A stretch of 64,000 bases of DNA from Cyanophora paradoxa CCMP329 (GCA_004431415.1 QPMI01000569.1:1-64000); one strand, 5' to 3'; shown: positions 1 through 13,200, numbered from the stretch's first letter. Translations and numbers: made by a program. The notes: generated by a model not told the origin, from the letters alone.

Positions 1-83
1 TACTTTTTTTTTCGCTCCGGGCCCCGGGCCTCTCCTTTCCCGCCTCGCCGGCTTCACTTCTGACCCCGGGCGCCCCGCTTCAG

Positions 84-527
84 GTGTCTTGCGGTGACCA
101 CGAGATCCCGACGGCGACGGTGACCCTGCGGACCCCCGAGGGCACCATCATCACCGAGGCCGCCACCGGCACCGGCCCCGTCGACGCCGTCTTCAAGGCT
201 CGCCCCGCACGGCCCCGCCATGCCTGCCTCGCGCGCCGCTCACGCGGGGCGGCGCAGGGCATCGGGCGGATCGTGCAGGTGCCGGGGCGCCTGATGGAGT
301 ACGCGGTGCAGTCGGTGACGGCCGGCATCGACGCGATGGGCGAGGTCACCATCCGGATGGACTACGAGGGCCGCGTCTTCTCCTCCCACTCGGCGAACAC
401 CGACATTGTCGTGGCCTCGGCCAAGGCGTACGTCAACTGCATCAACCGAGTCATCCTCTCCAAGGAGTACCGCCTGCACGCCCAGCACTCGCCCCACCCG
501 ACCCCAGCCGCCGCCGGCTCCCAGTAG
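84..527 (+). CDS. leuA: 2-isopropylmalate synthase, C-terminal regulatory domain (3' exons; gene starts upstream of the window)
   Basis: Spliced peptide PTATVTL...[12 protein letters not shown]|GIGRIV...[20 protein letters not shown]...[19 protein letters not shown] matches the LeuA allosteric domain. Acceptor CAG at 81-83, in-frame 60-nt GC-AG intron 198-257, stop TAG 525-527. Confidence 0.9.
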   Translation: MSCGDHEIPTATVTLRTPEGTIITEAATGTGPVDAVFKARPARPRHACLARRSRGAAQGIGRIVQVPGRLMEYAVQSVTAGIDAMGEVTIRMDYEGRVFSSHSANTDIVVASAKAYVNCINRVILSKEYRLHAQHSPHPTPAAAGSQ

Positions 528-633
528 GAGGGGCCCCCCGGCCCCCGCTTTGTATCCCCTTTCTTTACGAGATATCGATAGAGTAGCAGTGCAGGACGCC
601 GCGCCGAACACCGAGGGGGCAGCGGGTGCGGGC

Positions 634-2885
634 CTAGAAGCGCAGGCCGGAGGAGGAGACGACGACCGTGACGCCGGCGTCCTCGAGCTGGCGGAGGAGC
701 CGCCCGCAGCGCTCGACGATTTCGGCGCAGTTCCAGATCCGCACGACGCGCAGCCTGCACGCGGGGCGGCTCACGATCATCGCCGCGTGAGACTCGGGGA
801 TGCTTCGAACTCGCGGGGCGCACCGGGCGGTGCGGGAGGACGCGGCGTCGAGGCAGGCCTCAATGAGGACAGGGCCCACCTGCGGGCAGTCTGCGCCCGC
901 CTCGGGCCTCAGCAGAGGCCCGCGGCCAGCGGAGCAGAGCGGAGCGGGCGCGCACAGTCGAAGGCGAGGTACTCGAGGGAGGGGCAGGAGCTGACGGCGT
1001 CGGCGGCCCCGCGGTCCGTGATCTGCACGTGCAGAGCAGCAGAGGGCGCCGTCTCTTTAGTTACCAGAGCCGAAGCGCGCGCGGGGCGCGGGCCGTGAGC
1101 GAGCGCGGCGGGCCTGGGTGCAGTGCATGACGGTGATGTGCCGCAGCCGCGGGCAGTTCCACGCGGCGCTGCGGGTGCGCGCGGGCGTCGGCCGCGGCCG
1201 TCGAGGCGGAGGCGGCGGCGCGCGAGGGGCGGGCGGGGCGGGCGGGGGAGAGGGAAGGGGACACCTGAGGAGCCAGGCATCGGTGAAGCCCTGGCAGAAG
1301 GAAACGGTCACCGTCTCCAGGTTCACCAGCTCTGCCCGGCCTCGTCAGGCCGGCCACAGAAGGCGGGGTGGGGCGGGGCGGGCAGCACCGCCGGGGAGGA
1401 GGTGCGTCCAGGAGGAGCGCACGCCGTCCACGCTGAGCTGCACCAGCTCCGTGCACCCGCGCCACACCCTGACCGCCCCCCCGCCCGCCCCTCCCCTTAG
1501 ACATCCGGCCACGCCCGCGCGAGGCCGGGCGCCGGCGCGGGGCCCGCGCGCGCGCGCGAACCGCATGAGGGCGAGACCGTCCACCGCGGTGCTGCCGGGC
1601 GCCTCGAGTCAGGGCGGGCAGAAGAACGGAGGGCGGCGGGGCGGGGCGGGGCGGGGCGGGGCGGGGCGGACCCGCCGCCGACGTCGCGGAGGGTGAGGGA
1701 CCTGAGGCGCGGGAGGAGGCCGGGGAGCGCCTCGATGGCGCGCGCCGTGACGTGGGCCAGCGAGGTCAGCGAGAGGGAGGTCAGCCCGGGGTTCGCCCCC
1801 AGCACCCGCGTCAGCGACGCGTCTGCAGACAAGAAGAAAAGGAGCGGGCGGTCAGCGAGGAGCGCGGCGGGGCCCGCGCCGGGCGCCGGGCACCGCCGAC
1901 GGAGAGGTAGGAGAGGGCGAGGGCGGAGAGGGAGCGCAGGCGCCCCGCCAGCGGCTCGAATGCGGCGTCGTCCACCTGCCAACGAGGCGCCCGCGTCGCG
2001 CCGGGGAAGGGGGGCGCGCGGAGGGGGGCCAGCTGCGCCGGGCCGCGCTCGAACCTGGGAGGAACGGTACCTGAGGGGGGCGGACGAGCGTTCGTTCAGC
2101 GCTCCCTCCGGGCGGTGGCGGCACCGGAGGCGCGCGGGGCCGGGCCGGCGGGGCCGGATCGCACCCACGGATCTCGAGCTCGGTGAGGCCCGGGGCCCAC
2201 TTGGCAATGCTCTCCAGCACCGGCGCGCCCCGTATCGTCTCGTCCGCGAGCTTGATCGTCAGCTTCTGCGGCGGCCCCCGCTCAGCTGCAGCTCGGGGCC
2301 TAGGGGCAGAAGGGGGGCGGGGCAGGGCAGGCCTCGAGGCGCGAGCAGGCGGCGAGGACGCGCTCAAAGGTGGCCTCGGAGGGTACGAGGGCGGTGAGCC
2401 TGCGGAGCTCGCGGCAGCGCGAGGCGACGACGGCGAGGAGCTCCTCCGTGAACGAGGGCGCGGCGCGGGCGCGGTGCCCGCGCGGGCTCGGCGCCTCCTC
2501 CACGAGGTAGAGCGGCAACTCGAGCGAGCGTAGGCCGTCGCCGGCCCGCGAGAGCGCCTCGCGCATGTCCACGCCGCGCGGCGCGCACGAGGGCGGGAAC
2601 GCGAGGCGGCGCAGCAGCTGCGAGAGGTTCCCCGCTACGAGCGCCTTCCACCGGCGGCAGACCCTCCCTGCGCATGCGCGACCAGATTTAGATCAGCCGC
2701 GCGCTGGCGAGCGCGATGCGGGCGATCCCGCTGTCATCCCGGGAGATACGCGCACCGAGAAGGAAGATTCCGCTGTCATCCCGGTAAGCCTGGAATACGA
2801 GGACCAGCACGTCGTCCGGCAGCGCGTCTATGTGCACGCAGGACGATGGCGGCGTGGCCGGCGAGCACGGCTGCGAGTCGGCCAT
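634..2885 (-). CDS. F-box/leucine-rich-repeat protein (multi-exon)
   Basis: N-terminal F-box IDALPDDVLVLVF...L|GRVCRRWKAL across intron 2668-2755. LRR-like segments LRSLELP, VASRCRELRRL, NPGLTSLSLTSLAHVTARAIEAL, ITDRGAADAVSSCPSLEYL. Stop at 634. Confidence 0.8.
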
Positions 2886-3627
2886 CGCCGGCGCGGGCCG
2901 GCTCACGGGCCGGCTCGGGATGTCCAGATCGGTGCAGCGGTGCGCCTTGCGGAGTGGGCTGCGGGCGACCCTCGCCGGTGGCACGCGGCCCAGTCGGCGC
3001 TCGGCGGCGCCTTCGCCGGAGAGAGAGCTCGAGGGCGCCGCGCCGAAGCACGCGCCCGACGCGGGGTGGCGCTGCGCATGCGCGTGCGCTCCTTGAGGGC
3101 GGAAGTGCATCGCGCGCGCTCGAGGGGCTGCGCGCGGAGGGCGGTGAAGACGAAGGCAAGGGTGCTGAAGAGAGTGCCAAGACGCGCGCCGCTAGCGTTT
3201 GCGGGCCGGGAGCGCGTACGCGTGTCTGATCGATATCGACGGTACGTTGCCACCGTGCCACGGTGGCACGGCGAAGTGGTTCTCGCAGATCGAGTCTACC
3301 CCTTCCCCCTCGAGCTCCACCCCCGGCCCCACTGTGGGGCCCCTCGAGCGCGCTGATCAAGGTCACCGGACAGGAAGAGTGACTGATTCTCATTGGTATC
3401 TCAGAACGATATCAGTATCATAACATCTTAGGGCCTAATGTACACGCAGGATTACCTGGCTAACTAACACTGCTTGAAAAAGATAATAGCTTAACTAAAA
3501 CACTTGGGTTACTGCCGGACTCCTAGTTGAAATAAAAGTCTGATTTAGAAGTACAACGGTACACGTGCACTGAAAGTTCATTTAGCGGAAAGGGGGACAA
3601 GCAGCCGCGGAGCGGCCGTGCTTGGTC

Positions 3628-4581
3628 TCAGTCAGCGGGCTCCAGCGGGTAGGAGCGCCGCCTGGCAGCGGGGAGCGGGTTGCCGAGGAAAGGGTTGACC
3701 GGCGTCGGGGCCCGGTCCGATGGGGAGACGCGAGCGCTGGAGGGCGCCGGGCACGGCCAGACGGCGGCGCGGGGCAGGGGCGACGACCACGGGCTCTGGA
3801 ACTCGCTCTCGCCGCGCGAGAGAGAAGCTGGGCTGACGTTCCGGGCGCGAGCCGGCAGCTGGCCGGCGGCCGCCGCCGCGAGCCTCGCCCGGACACTGTC
3901 GAGCAAGTCGTCCGGTATGCAAGTTCGCCGCTTCGGCACGGGCATCGGGTATCCGTCCTCGTGCATTTGCTCGGGCTGCCGTGGGGAGCTCGCCGCCGAC
4001 GCCGCCGAGGGCGTCGCCGCGGTGGAGGCGTAGTAGCCCCAGCGGTCGGAGTCCTCGCCCTTGCGCTTGCGCGACGGCTGCACTTCGATGGCGAGCGACG
4101 CGATGTTGAGGCTGGCCTCCGACTCGGCCGGCGTCGCGGCTCCCGCCGGCGTCTCCGGAGCGGTGGCGCAGGGCTGGGAGGGCATCACGTGCGCCGCGAC
4201 CTCCGGTATCCGCCCGTGCTCCCCGGCGAGCGATTCTAATCACGGGCATTGTCAGCTCTTAGGCGGCCGTGGTGGGGCGCGGTGGCCGCCTGGGAGCCGC
4301 ACCTTCCGAGGGCGCAGGCGATGGCGCGCAGCGAGCGGGCGGAACCTCCAGCGGAGGCAGCGCGTGCTCGTTCTCCTTCTCCGGTGCGACAGGCACAGGC
4401 ACGGGGATAAGGTGCTCCACGAGCCCCCCGAGGCCTTTCGGCGTGGCTGCTTCGCTGTCGGCGGGCGTCGCCAGCGTGTACACCCGCTGCGCCAAGCGTA
4501 AACGGGCGGTTCAAGCACGGATAATAAATTGTGAGAAAGTTGCACCATGAAGAACGGCGCGGGGCCGAGACCGCGACACAT
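3628..4581 (-). CDS. hypothetical Pro/Ser-rich disordered protein, probably 3 exons
   Basis: MCRGLGPAPFFM|RVYTLATP...APSE|ESLAGEHGRIPEVAAHVMPSQ...; two GT-AG introns join ORFs 4259-4495 and 3628-4188. Contains KEN and RKRK motifs but no recognised domain. Confidence 0.5.
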
Positions 4582-4679
4582 TTTCAGTGCGCCACGATGG
4601 CGCGTTTGGCGAACTTCGGAAGATGAGCCAGTTTTGCGGCTGGCGGCTGCGAGCGCGCACGATGGCACAAGAGGCCCCG

Positions 4680-4747
4680 GGCCAGCTGCGAGTCGGTGCC
4701 GCGACTGGAGACCTCGGGCCAGCTGCGAGCTTGTGCCGCGACTGGAG
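4680..4747. repeat. 37-bp-period tandem duplication upstream of the hypothetical gene
   Basis: ggccagctgcgag-nnn-gtgccgcgactggag occurs at 4680-4710 and 4717-4747. Confidence 0.75.
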
Positions 4748-5688
4748 CGAACGCGACCTTCCAGCAACCTTCCGATGCGCTCCCGGCGAGCAAGAGCTTG
4801 AACGAAGGCGCCTCCTACCGCGCCGTCCGCCGGCGAACAATATTGATCGAACAAGCCTTGAAGAGGATGAGCTTCGAGGAGCTCCTTCTCCGGCTGCTGC
4901 TGCTAGCTAGAGCCTAGAGCCTAGAGCTCGCCGCGGCACGTGCGGTCGCCTGAGTTGCAGAACTAGATTTGATCTGCAGATCCGATTCGTCATTTGCGAC
5001 GGTGGGGCCGTCATACTTACCAAAGTTACCCGCACCACCGAACCGGCGGCGAATCGAAATCAATTGCAAAGACTGCGGCGAATGTCACAGTGTACATCGA
5101 AAACTTTCATATCTAGCTAGTTGCCCCGAATTCGAGCCATTAATATTTTATAATTGCTGATCTCGAATTCGAACTGCACATGCGAATCTGCGATATTCGA
5201 TCGATCGACTCTGCGAATGTACAATGTACATGTGTGTTTTTCAGAATCGTCAATCAGTCATTCGACCTTCGAAGATCGCGTAATCTTCGCAAGTTCTAAA
5301 AATGATTCGCAAGCTCTAGAAACGCTTTGTTTGTCCGTGATGTCAACCCCCCAAATCAATCGAATTTGAAGGTAGCAAAAACAGCAAAAACAAATCGACT
5401 AGTCGTCAATTCATGAAGTTGCCAACTTGCAATATTAATGAAGTTGTATGGCCGCTTCGACTCTAGCTATAGCCTTCGAGTCGACCGGTACCGTCGGACC
5501 GCGGCGTCGGTACGGGGGGCGTCGGGGGCCCGGGAGGCTGTAGCCGCTGTACCGTCCCTGTACGGCGGCGGCCCGCGGCCGGCGCCGGCGCCGCACATCA
5601 TCCGATGATAATCATGATATCGATCCGATGATAGCTTCAACGGCTTCAAGGCTTTAATTTAGGTAGGCCGCGTGCACGGTGACTCGTC

Positions 5689-5783
5689 GGTGAGCCTACC
5701 TGGTAGTAGGCTGGTACTAGTCTGGTAGGTGAGCCTACCTGGTAGGCCGTGCACGGTGAGCCTACCTGGTAGGCCTAGGTGAG
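5689..5783. repeat. three copies of the palindromic unit GGTGAGCCTACCTGGTAG
   Basis: Copies at about 5689, 5728 and 5755; core CCTACC-T-GGTAGG is an inverted repeat. Confidence 0.8.
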
Positions 5784-5892
5784 AGTTTTGGGATGTTTCA
5801 CCGTGTTGGATGCATTAAATAAACGAGAGGGAAGGGAGGACCATCGGACGCTGCCTGGACGCAGGCTAGCGGGGAAGGGCAGGGAGGGAGCG

Positions 5893-8800
5893 TCACCAAA
5901 AGTCGCGGGTGGACCGCACGGGGCCCGCGCCGGGGGCGCCGCGCGGGCCGGCGGCGGCGGCGCGGGGCCCCGGGCGGTGCCCGTAGGGCGGGGAGGCGGC
6001 GTCGGGCTCGGAGCTGACGAGGGAGTTTTTGGAGGCGAGGGGCGCCATGCCCAGCGGGCGGGGCAAGGGCACCGCCCCCGGCGGCGCCGTCGGGTGCCGC
6101 TGCGGGAGCTGCGGCGCCAGCACGGGCGGCAGGCCCCCCAGCGAGGGCGGGTACGTGTCCGAGTCGCCCCCGTGCGAGCGGGAGGCGCGCAGGTACCCCC
6201 CGACGCCGGCGCCGTCGCCCTCGTCGGGGTACCCGTACCCGGCGTCGCGGAGGGCGGGGCCGGGGGCCGGCCGCTGGCGGCGCCGCTCGGCCTGCTTGAG
6301 CGCGTGCTCGGAGGCGGCGGCGCGCTTGGCCTTGCGGATGAAGCGCTCCCCGCCGTAGATCTGGATCAGCTCCGCCGCCTGCCCGCCCCGAAGAGTGAGC
6401 TGGGGGGGGGCAAGCGCGCGCGCGCGGGGCGGGGGGGGGCGGGCCTTGAGGATCATGCCGGGGGAGTAGCGGGGCAGGCGCCCGGCCTCCTCGGCGGCGC
6501 GCTCGCGGGCCCGGATGCGCGCCTCGAAGAAGGCGTCCACGTCCTGCGCGCGGCCGCCTCGGCGCCGCCCGAAGCGGGGCGAGGCGCGGCGCGGGCGGGG
6601 GCGGGGGGGCACCTCGACGCCGGCGGCGTCGCGCATGGCGCGGCGGATGTCGATGCGGCCCATCTGCTGCCGCGGGCTCCCCTGGGGGAGAGGCCCGCCC
6701 CGGCCCGGCCCCGCCCCCGCCCCGGCGCCGGCCCAGGCCCGGCCCCGGCCCCGGCGCCGGCGGCGACGGAGAAGGACTCCTTGACGCCCGGGATGATGGC
6801 GAGGGCGGCGGCGTCCGCCCCGGGGACGCCCCCCGTGAACGGCTCGTACGGCGTCGGCGAGAAGAGCGGCCGCGGGGGCGGCTGCGAGAGACGGGCCACC
6901 CACGAGGGCGGCGGGCCCTGCTTGTACGAGGGCGCCGGCCGGGCGGAGGGCGAGGCGGAGGAGGCGGCCGAGGCCTGCGAGGCCGCCACCGCCTGCGAGG
7001 GCCGCGGCCGCCGCCGCCGCGCCGCCGCCGCCGGCGCCGTCACGTGCACCGCCCCGCCCCCGCGGTGTCTCCCCGCCGACCTCGGGCGGCGGCGGCGGCG
7101 GCGGGTGCGGCTGCCTGTACGCCGCCAAAGACGGGGCGGCCGGCGGCGGCGGTCTCCCCTGCGGTGCCGGCGCCGCCTTTGGCTGCCTCGCGGGGGCCGG
7201 GGCCGGCAGCGGGGGGCGCGCGCCCCTGCCGGCGGCAGCGGGGCGGGGGCGGCTGCGGGGCTGCCCCAGGCGCGCTGCTGGGGCGGGCTGCCGCCGCTGA
7301 AGCCGGCGGCGTAGTCGGCGGCCTCCCAGCGGTCCGTCCCCGAGACGCGGTCCCGCAGCTCGATCCCGGGCGCCTCGTACGCGGGGAGAGCGGCCCCGCG
7401 CCCGCCCCCGCGCGCTGCGGCTGCGGCTGCGGCTGCGGCCTCCAGCCCGAGGGCCCCGCTCCGCCGCCCCCGCCCGAGGCCGGCGCCGGCACGTCGTCCG
7501 AGTACTGCTCCCGCCTCCGCTCCTCCGCCGCCTGCCGCCGGCCCGCGCGCCCCGCTGAGCCGGGGGTGCGGGAGGCGAGGGGGGCGGGGGCGGGGACCTT
7601 GCGGGCGACGCGGAGGCGGGCGGCCCTCCGCCCCGCGATGCGCCGCCGGTACACGCACTGCACCAGCGTCGCCGCCGCGTTGAGCACTGCGCCGGCCGGC
7701 GGGGGTGAGAAGAAGGCGTGGGTTGCCGGACAGACGCCCGCCGGCGGACGGCGGGGCGGAAGCGGACCGGAGGGGGGCAGGAGGAGGTGGAACTGGCGGC
7801 CCTCCTCGGAGTGGAGGCGGTAGGCGGCGAGGGCGACGAGGAGGCGCCTGCAGATGTGCTGCCGGAACGCGGCCTGGATCGCCGTCGCCGCCGCCCCCCG
7901 CCGCTGCGCCGCCGCCGCCGGCTGCACGCTCGACGAGGCGTGCCGGTTGAGCTGGAGCCGGATCGCCGCCGCGCCCTTCAGCGAGGCCGCCAGCGCCGCC
8001 CGCCGCCTCCGCGCCCGCCACGCCCGCAACGCGCACTGCCGCGCCCGCCCGCGTGGGCCGGGGCGCTGGGCGGGGCCGGGCGGGGGCGGGGCGGGGCCGC
8101 CTCGCACCTGGATCTTGAGGACGGCGAGGTCGCGCTCCCTGCGGATCTCCGCCTCGCGGGCCCGGATGCGCCCCTCCACCGACTGCTGCACCGCCGACGG
8201 CAGCGCCACCGGCGACCCGCCCAGCGGCGCCGGCGAGACCGAGGCCGGCAGGCCGGCGCGGGCGGGGCCGGGGCCGGGGGCGGGGCCGGGGCCGGGGAGA
8301 GGGCGGGGGCGATGGGGAGGGGCCGGGGCGCGGGGCGGGGAAGAGGGGCGGGGCCGGGGCCGGGGCGGGGGCGAGGAGGTCGCGGGAGCCCACCTGGAGG
8401 GAGCGCAGGATGGAGAGGGGCGAGGAGGGGTCGTCCAGCGGCCGCGGGTGCGGCGCCGCCGCCAGCGAGAACGGGTCCCGCTCCTCCGCCAGGTGCGCCC
8501 CGTACACCGGCGGCGGCGCGTAGACGGGCGGCGGGGCGTAGGGGGGCGGTGCGTAGACGGGGGCGGGGCGTAGACGGGGGCGGGGCGTAGGGGGGCGGTG
8601 CGGGGGCGGCGGGCTGGGGGGGCGTGGTGGTGGGAGGGCGGGAGGGGGACGTGGGCGGGGGCGGGGGCGGCTGGGAGGCGCCGCGGGGCGCGGGGCGGGA
8701 GAGGACGGCGGGGTGCGTGGCGCCGAGGTAGGCGGCCACGGCGGCGGCCGGCACGGGGCGGGCCGGGGCGTCGCCCGGCGGCGGGAGGAGGGGCTTGGCG

Positions 8801-10143
8801 GCGGGGGCGGAGGGGAGGGGCCCGACGGGGGCGGGCTTGGCGGGGGTCGGGGGAAGGCGGGGGCGACGCTGTTGCGGAAGACGGCGGCGAGCCCCTCGGA
8901 GACCACCAGCGTGTTGTTCGGCCCCGGGCGCGCCCCCGCCGAGGAGGACGAGGAGGAGGCCCCCGCCCCGCCCGCCCCTTGCTGCTGCTGCGCCTGCTGC
9001 GCCTGCTGGGGGGAGGAGGCGAAGCCGGAGGGGGCGGGCCGCGCGGGCCCTGCGCGGGCGGGAGCCCGTGGCTCGCCTGCAGCTCGCCCCGGAGCGCCTC
9101 GGCGCGCCGCCGCGCCGCCTCCTCCTCCGCCGCCCGCCGCCCCTCCGCCTCCCGCGTCCGCTCCATCGCCTCTTGCTGCGCCGGCGCGTCAGAGCGCGGA
9201 GGGGGAGGCGCCGCGCCGCGCCGCGGCCGGCGCACCATGTGCAGCCGCTTGCGCCACGCCTCGGCCTCGCCCCGCAGCACCTTCCGCAGCCGCCTGCACA
9301 GCAGCGACCGCACGGCGCTCTGAATCACCCGCGCCGAGTTGTTCCGGTCCTGCGCGTGCGAGCGGCGCCGTCGGCTGCGGCGCGGGCGGGGGCGGCCGGG
9401 CGGCTGCGCGGGCGGGGCGGGCGCACGCGCTCCCTGGGGGTCTCCATGACGGGCCCGTCGCCGAGGATGGCCTTGAGGAGGCGGGCCTTGCCGTAGGCGT
9501 CCTTGGCGCGGAAGAAGGCCTGCCGGTACACCTCGTCGCTCGGGTGCTCCCACGCGCTCTGGTCCGTGTACGCGTTCTGCGGCCCCGCGCGCGCCCCGCT
9601 CAGCGTCCCGCGGCGCCGGCGGCGGGCGCGGGGGCGCACGTAGAAGTAGACCGCCCCCGCCGAGTCGGTGTGCTCGGACCAGCCGGCTGCGCGGGCACGC
9701 GTCAGCCGGCCCGGGGCGCGGGGGCGCAGGGCCCGGGGCGCACGCGGCAGCGGGGCCTTCATCGCTTCGATGGCGATGTAGAAGAAGGGTCTGTCCGTCT
9801 CGGGGTTCATGCCTAGGAACTCGACGAACTCCAGGAGCTCGGGGGTGATGGCCTCGTCGGGGATGTCCCTAGGAGGCGGCGCAATCGCCGTGTTGGTGAG
9901 CCAGTCGGGAGGCAGCGCCGGCGGCGCCGTGTTTGCGCTTGGTCCCAACATAGGCGCAGGCGGCACGGGCTCCGGAGCTGCGGCGCCGCGCTGCAGCGAG
10001 GACCTAGCCCCGCCTTGTGCATGCTGGTGCCGCAGAACCGATGACGGGGTGGCGAACTGCGCTGCAACCGGTCTGGCCCCCAGAACGCCAGCCGGATCGT
10101 CCCAGGAGCTCGGCTGCGACCAGCGGACGCCCGCTGCAGCCAT
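5893..10143 (-). CDS. CEP164-like N-terminal WW-domain protein with IQ motifs (multi-exon)
   Basis: ELLEFVEFLGMNPETDRPFFYIAIEAMKAPLP|AGWSEHTDSAGAVYFY|NAYTDQSAWEHPSDEVYR resembles the CEP164 helical+WW module. IQ-like motifs ARVIQSAVRSLLCRR, ATAIQAAFRQHICRR, ATLVQCVYRRRIA, and a Pro-rich middle region. Confidence 0.75.
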
Positions 10144-10257
10144 CTTGGAGCCCCAGCTGAGCTAGGCTGACAGGCTACAGGCGACCCAGTTTGGTCTGTT
10201 GGGGTACAGGTGATTTGAGGAAGAAAGCGGTCGGTTACTGGCGGTGGAGCCGGCGGG

Positions 10258-13200
10258 ATGGCGAGCGTGCAGCCAACCTGCAAGGAAAAGGCGGAGGGGG
10301 GCGTTTCCGCGGCCGATTGCACCTGCCCCAGCGGGTACGAGCTGCGAGGCAGTTTGTGCCAGGGTGCGTACCGGCCCGTTTCTGCGGCACGATTCTTTCG
10401 AGCTAAGGCTAGGGCCGCTGCCGAAGTGCTCGAATGGACCCGCCCGGGCCACCGCGCCGCCTGCACTTCAGGTCTCGAGTTAACGATCGGGCTCAGATAT
10501 CGACGAGTGTGCGACGATTTCTCCGGACGCAAACGCGCAGAAGTGCTTAAATGAGTGGGGCAGCTTCAAGCTGGTGCGCGCGCGTGCCGTTCCGGCCAAC
10601 CGCCGGGCGGAACTCGAGAGCCGCTCCAACCCCGGCCGTTCGCCGGCGCCAGACATGCAAGACGGGCTTCGAGTTCGACGGGAAGGCGTGCGTAGGTGCG
10701 TTTCCCGGCCCGCCGAGCCCCCTGGAGCCCCCGCAAGCCCGGCCGCGGCGCAGTGGACGACCCGTGCCGGGAGGCCGGCGAGGGCGTCGCGGAGTGCGAG
10801 GAGACTGCGGAGGGGCTCCGCGTCTCCTGCAAGCCCGGGTACACGCTCTCCGAGGAGGGGGCGGCGTGCCGGGAGGTGGACGAGTGCGCGGCCATCCTCG
10901 CGGGGCCGGGCGTCCTCGCCTGCGAGAACACCCCGGGCTCTTTCCTCCTCAAGTGCGCGGAGGGGTACGAGCCCCACGGCTCCCGCTGCGTCGACGTCGG
11001 TGCGTCCGTACGGGCGTAACCCCCCCTCCTCCCCACCCCCCCGACGCTCGCGAGCCGCAGACGAGTGCGCGGGGCTGGAGGGCTCGCTGGGCGACCGCCT
11101 CGCCGCCTCCTGCACCAACACCGACGGCTCCTGTGCGCCCCTTTGCCCGGGCCCTCGAGCCACGGAGGGTCCGGGGGGGTCCTCTTCGAGGAGCGGACGC
11201 CCCTCGGCTGACGCGGGGGGCGTGCAGACGAGCTGGCGTGCCTGCCCGGGCTGCTGGGCGACGGCAAGACCTGCTGCCCCGCCGGCCTCAAGCCCGACCC
11301 CGCCTCCTCCGACGGCGCCCGCTGCGTCGGTGCGCCCGCTCCGGCGCGCCGCCGCCGCCTTCTCGCGCTGAGGCCCGCCGGGTGGGCAGACGTGGACGAG
11401 TGCTCGGGGGAGCCGGCGCCGTGCAGCCCGCTCGTCACCTGCTCCAACACCGAGGGCTCCTTCCGGTGCGCCCCCGTCGCCGGGGGGCAGCCGGGTGGGC
11501 GAGACGATCGCCGGGACGTGCGTTGGCGCCGGGGGCGCGCCGATGGCCGCCGCAGGTGCGGGGTGTGCCCGGAGGGGTACGAGGGGGACGGAAAGGGCCC
11601 CGGCGGCTGCCGCGACGTCGACGAGTGCGCCCCGGGCGGGAAGGGCGCCCGCGCCTGCGCCGCCGGCCGCGAGGTGCGCGAGGGCCCGCCCCCGCCCTTC
11701 GCTCCGGTCCCTGCCTCTCACCTCCCGCGGCAGTGCGTGAACACGCCGGGGGGCTACGAGTGCTCGAAGTGCCCGCGGGGCTTCGTCGAGGAGGGCCCCA
11801 CGCGCTGCGTCGACGTCGGTGCGCGCCCCGCGGCGCTGCGAGGGCCGGCGGGGCTCGCCTCGCGTCGGGCCGGCCTGACCCGGGGCGCGACGGCAGACGA
11901 GTGCAAGGGCGAGCCCTGCGACCCCCTCACCCAGGCCCGCCCCGCCTCCCCCTCCCTCCCCCCCCCCTCCGCTCTCCTGCGCCGCCCCGTTTGACGCCGC
12001 GCCGCGTGCCGCGCAGTGCAAGAACACCGAAGGGGGGTACCAGTGCGGCCCGTGCCCGCGGGGGTACGAGGGCGACGGCAAGACCGGCTGCAAGGGCGCG
12101 TCGCCTGCGACCCATCCCCCCCCTCCCCCCCCCCCCCCCTCCTAACTCTGCGGGCCGGCGCAGACGTGGACGAGTGCAAAAAGGGCGTGCCCGGATTCGA
12201 GCCGGCGACCCAGACGTGCACGAACACGGAGGGGTCCTTCAAGTGAGCGGCGGCGGGCCGGGCCCTCCAGGCGCCGGGCGGGCCCCCGGCTGACCGCTCC
12301 CCCAGGCTGGAGTGCCGGGCGGGGTACGAGCAGAAGGGGGCGCGCTGCGTCGACGTGGACGAGTGCGCGCGGGGCACGGCCGCCGGCCTCGACGCCGCCT
12401 CCGAGACCTGCCAGAACACCCCCGGTGCCCCCTGGAGCGCCCGAAGTAGATGTAAATCTTCCCCCGGCTCGGCTGACGGCCCCGAGCCGTGCAGGGTCGT
12501 ACCGGATCGCGTGCAAGCCGGGGTTCCTCGACCGTGGCGACGGCAAGTGCGCCGGTGCGCAGCCGCCGGCGCCTGCGCGCGCCCCGCGGCGTCCCGCGGC
12601 CGCTTAGCGGGGGGCGGGCCCCAGACGTCGACGAGTGCGGGGAGCTGAAGGAGCGGCTGGACCCCAACGCCTTCTGCGAGAACCTCCCGGGGTGCCCCAG
12701 CCGCCCCGAGCCCCGCCCGCTTCCTGACGGGCGCCCCGGACCCTGCAGGTCGTACAAGATCGGCTGCAAGCCGGGGTACAGGGGCACGGGGCCGGAGTGC
12801 GAGGACGTGGACGAGTGCGCGGAGGGGCCGGCCCGCTTCGACCCCGAGATCCAGTCCTGCACCAACACCGACGGCTCCTTCAGGCCCGCCCGGGCCCCGC
12901 CGACAGCCCCGCACCCGGGGCCCTCGGGCAGCGCCCTGACGCGCGGCGCGCGTTGCAGGGTCGAGTGCAAGCCGGGGTTCGCCCTTTCGAAGGAGGGGGC
13001 GGCCTGCGAGGACGTCGACGAGTGCGCGGGGCGGGGCCCGCCGGGATTCGACCCCGCGTCCGAGTCGTGCAAGAACCTGCGGGGCTCCTTCAAGATCGAG
13101 TGCAGGCCGGGGTACGAGCAAACCGCCTCCGGCGCCTGCCGCGACGTCGGTCCGTGTACCTTCTCCCATTGGGCCCGTTCATTACCCTCCTGCTGCTCAC

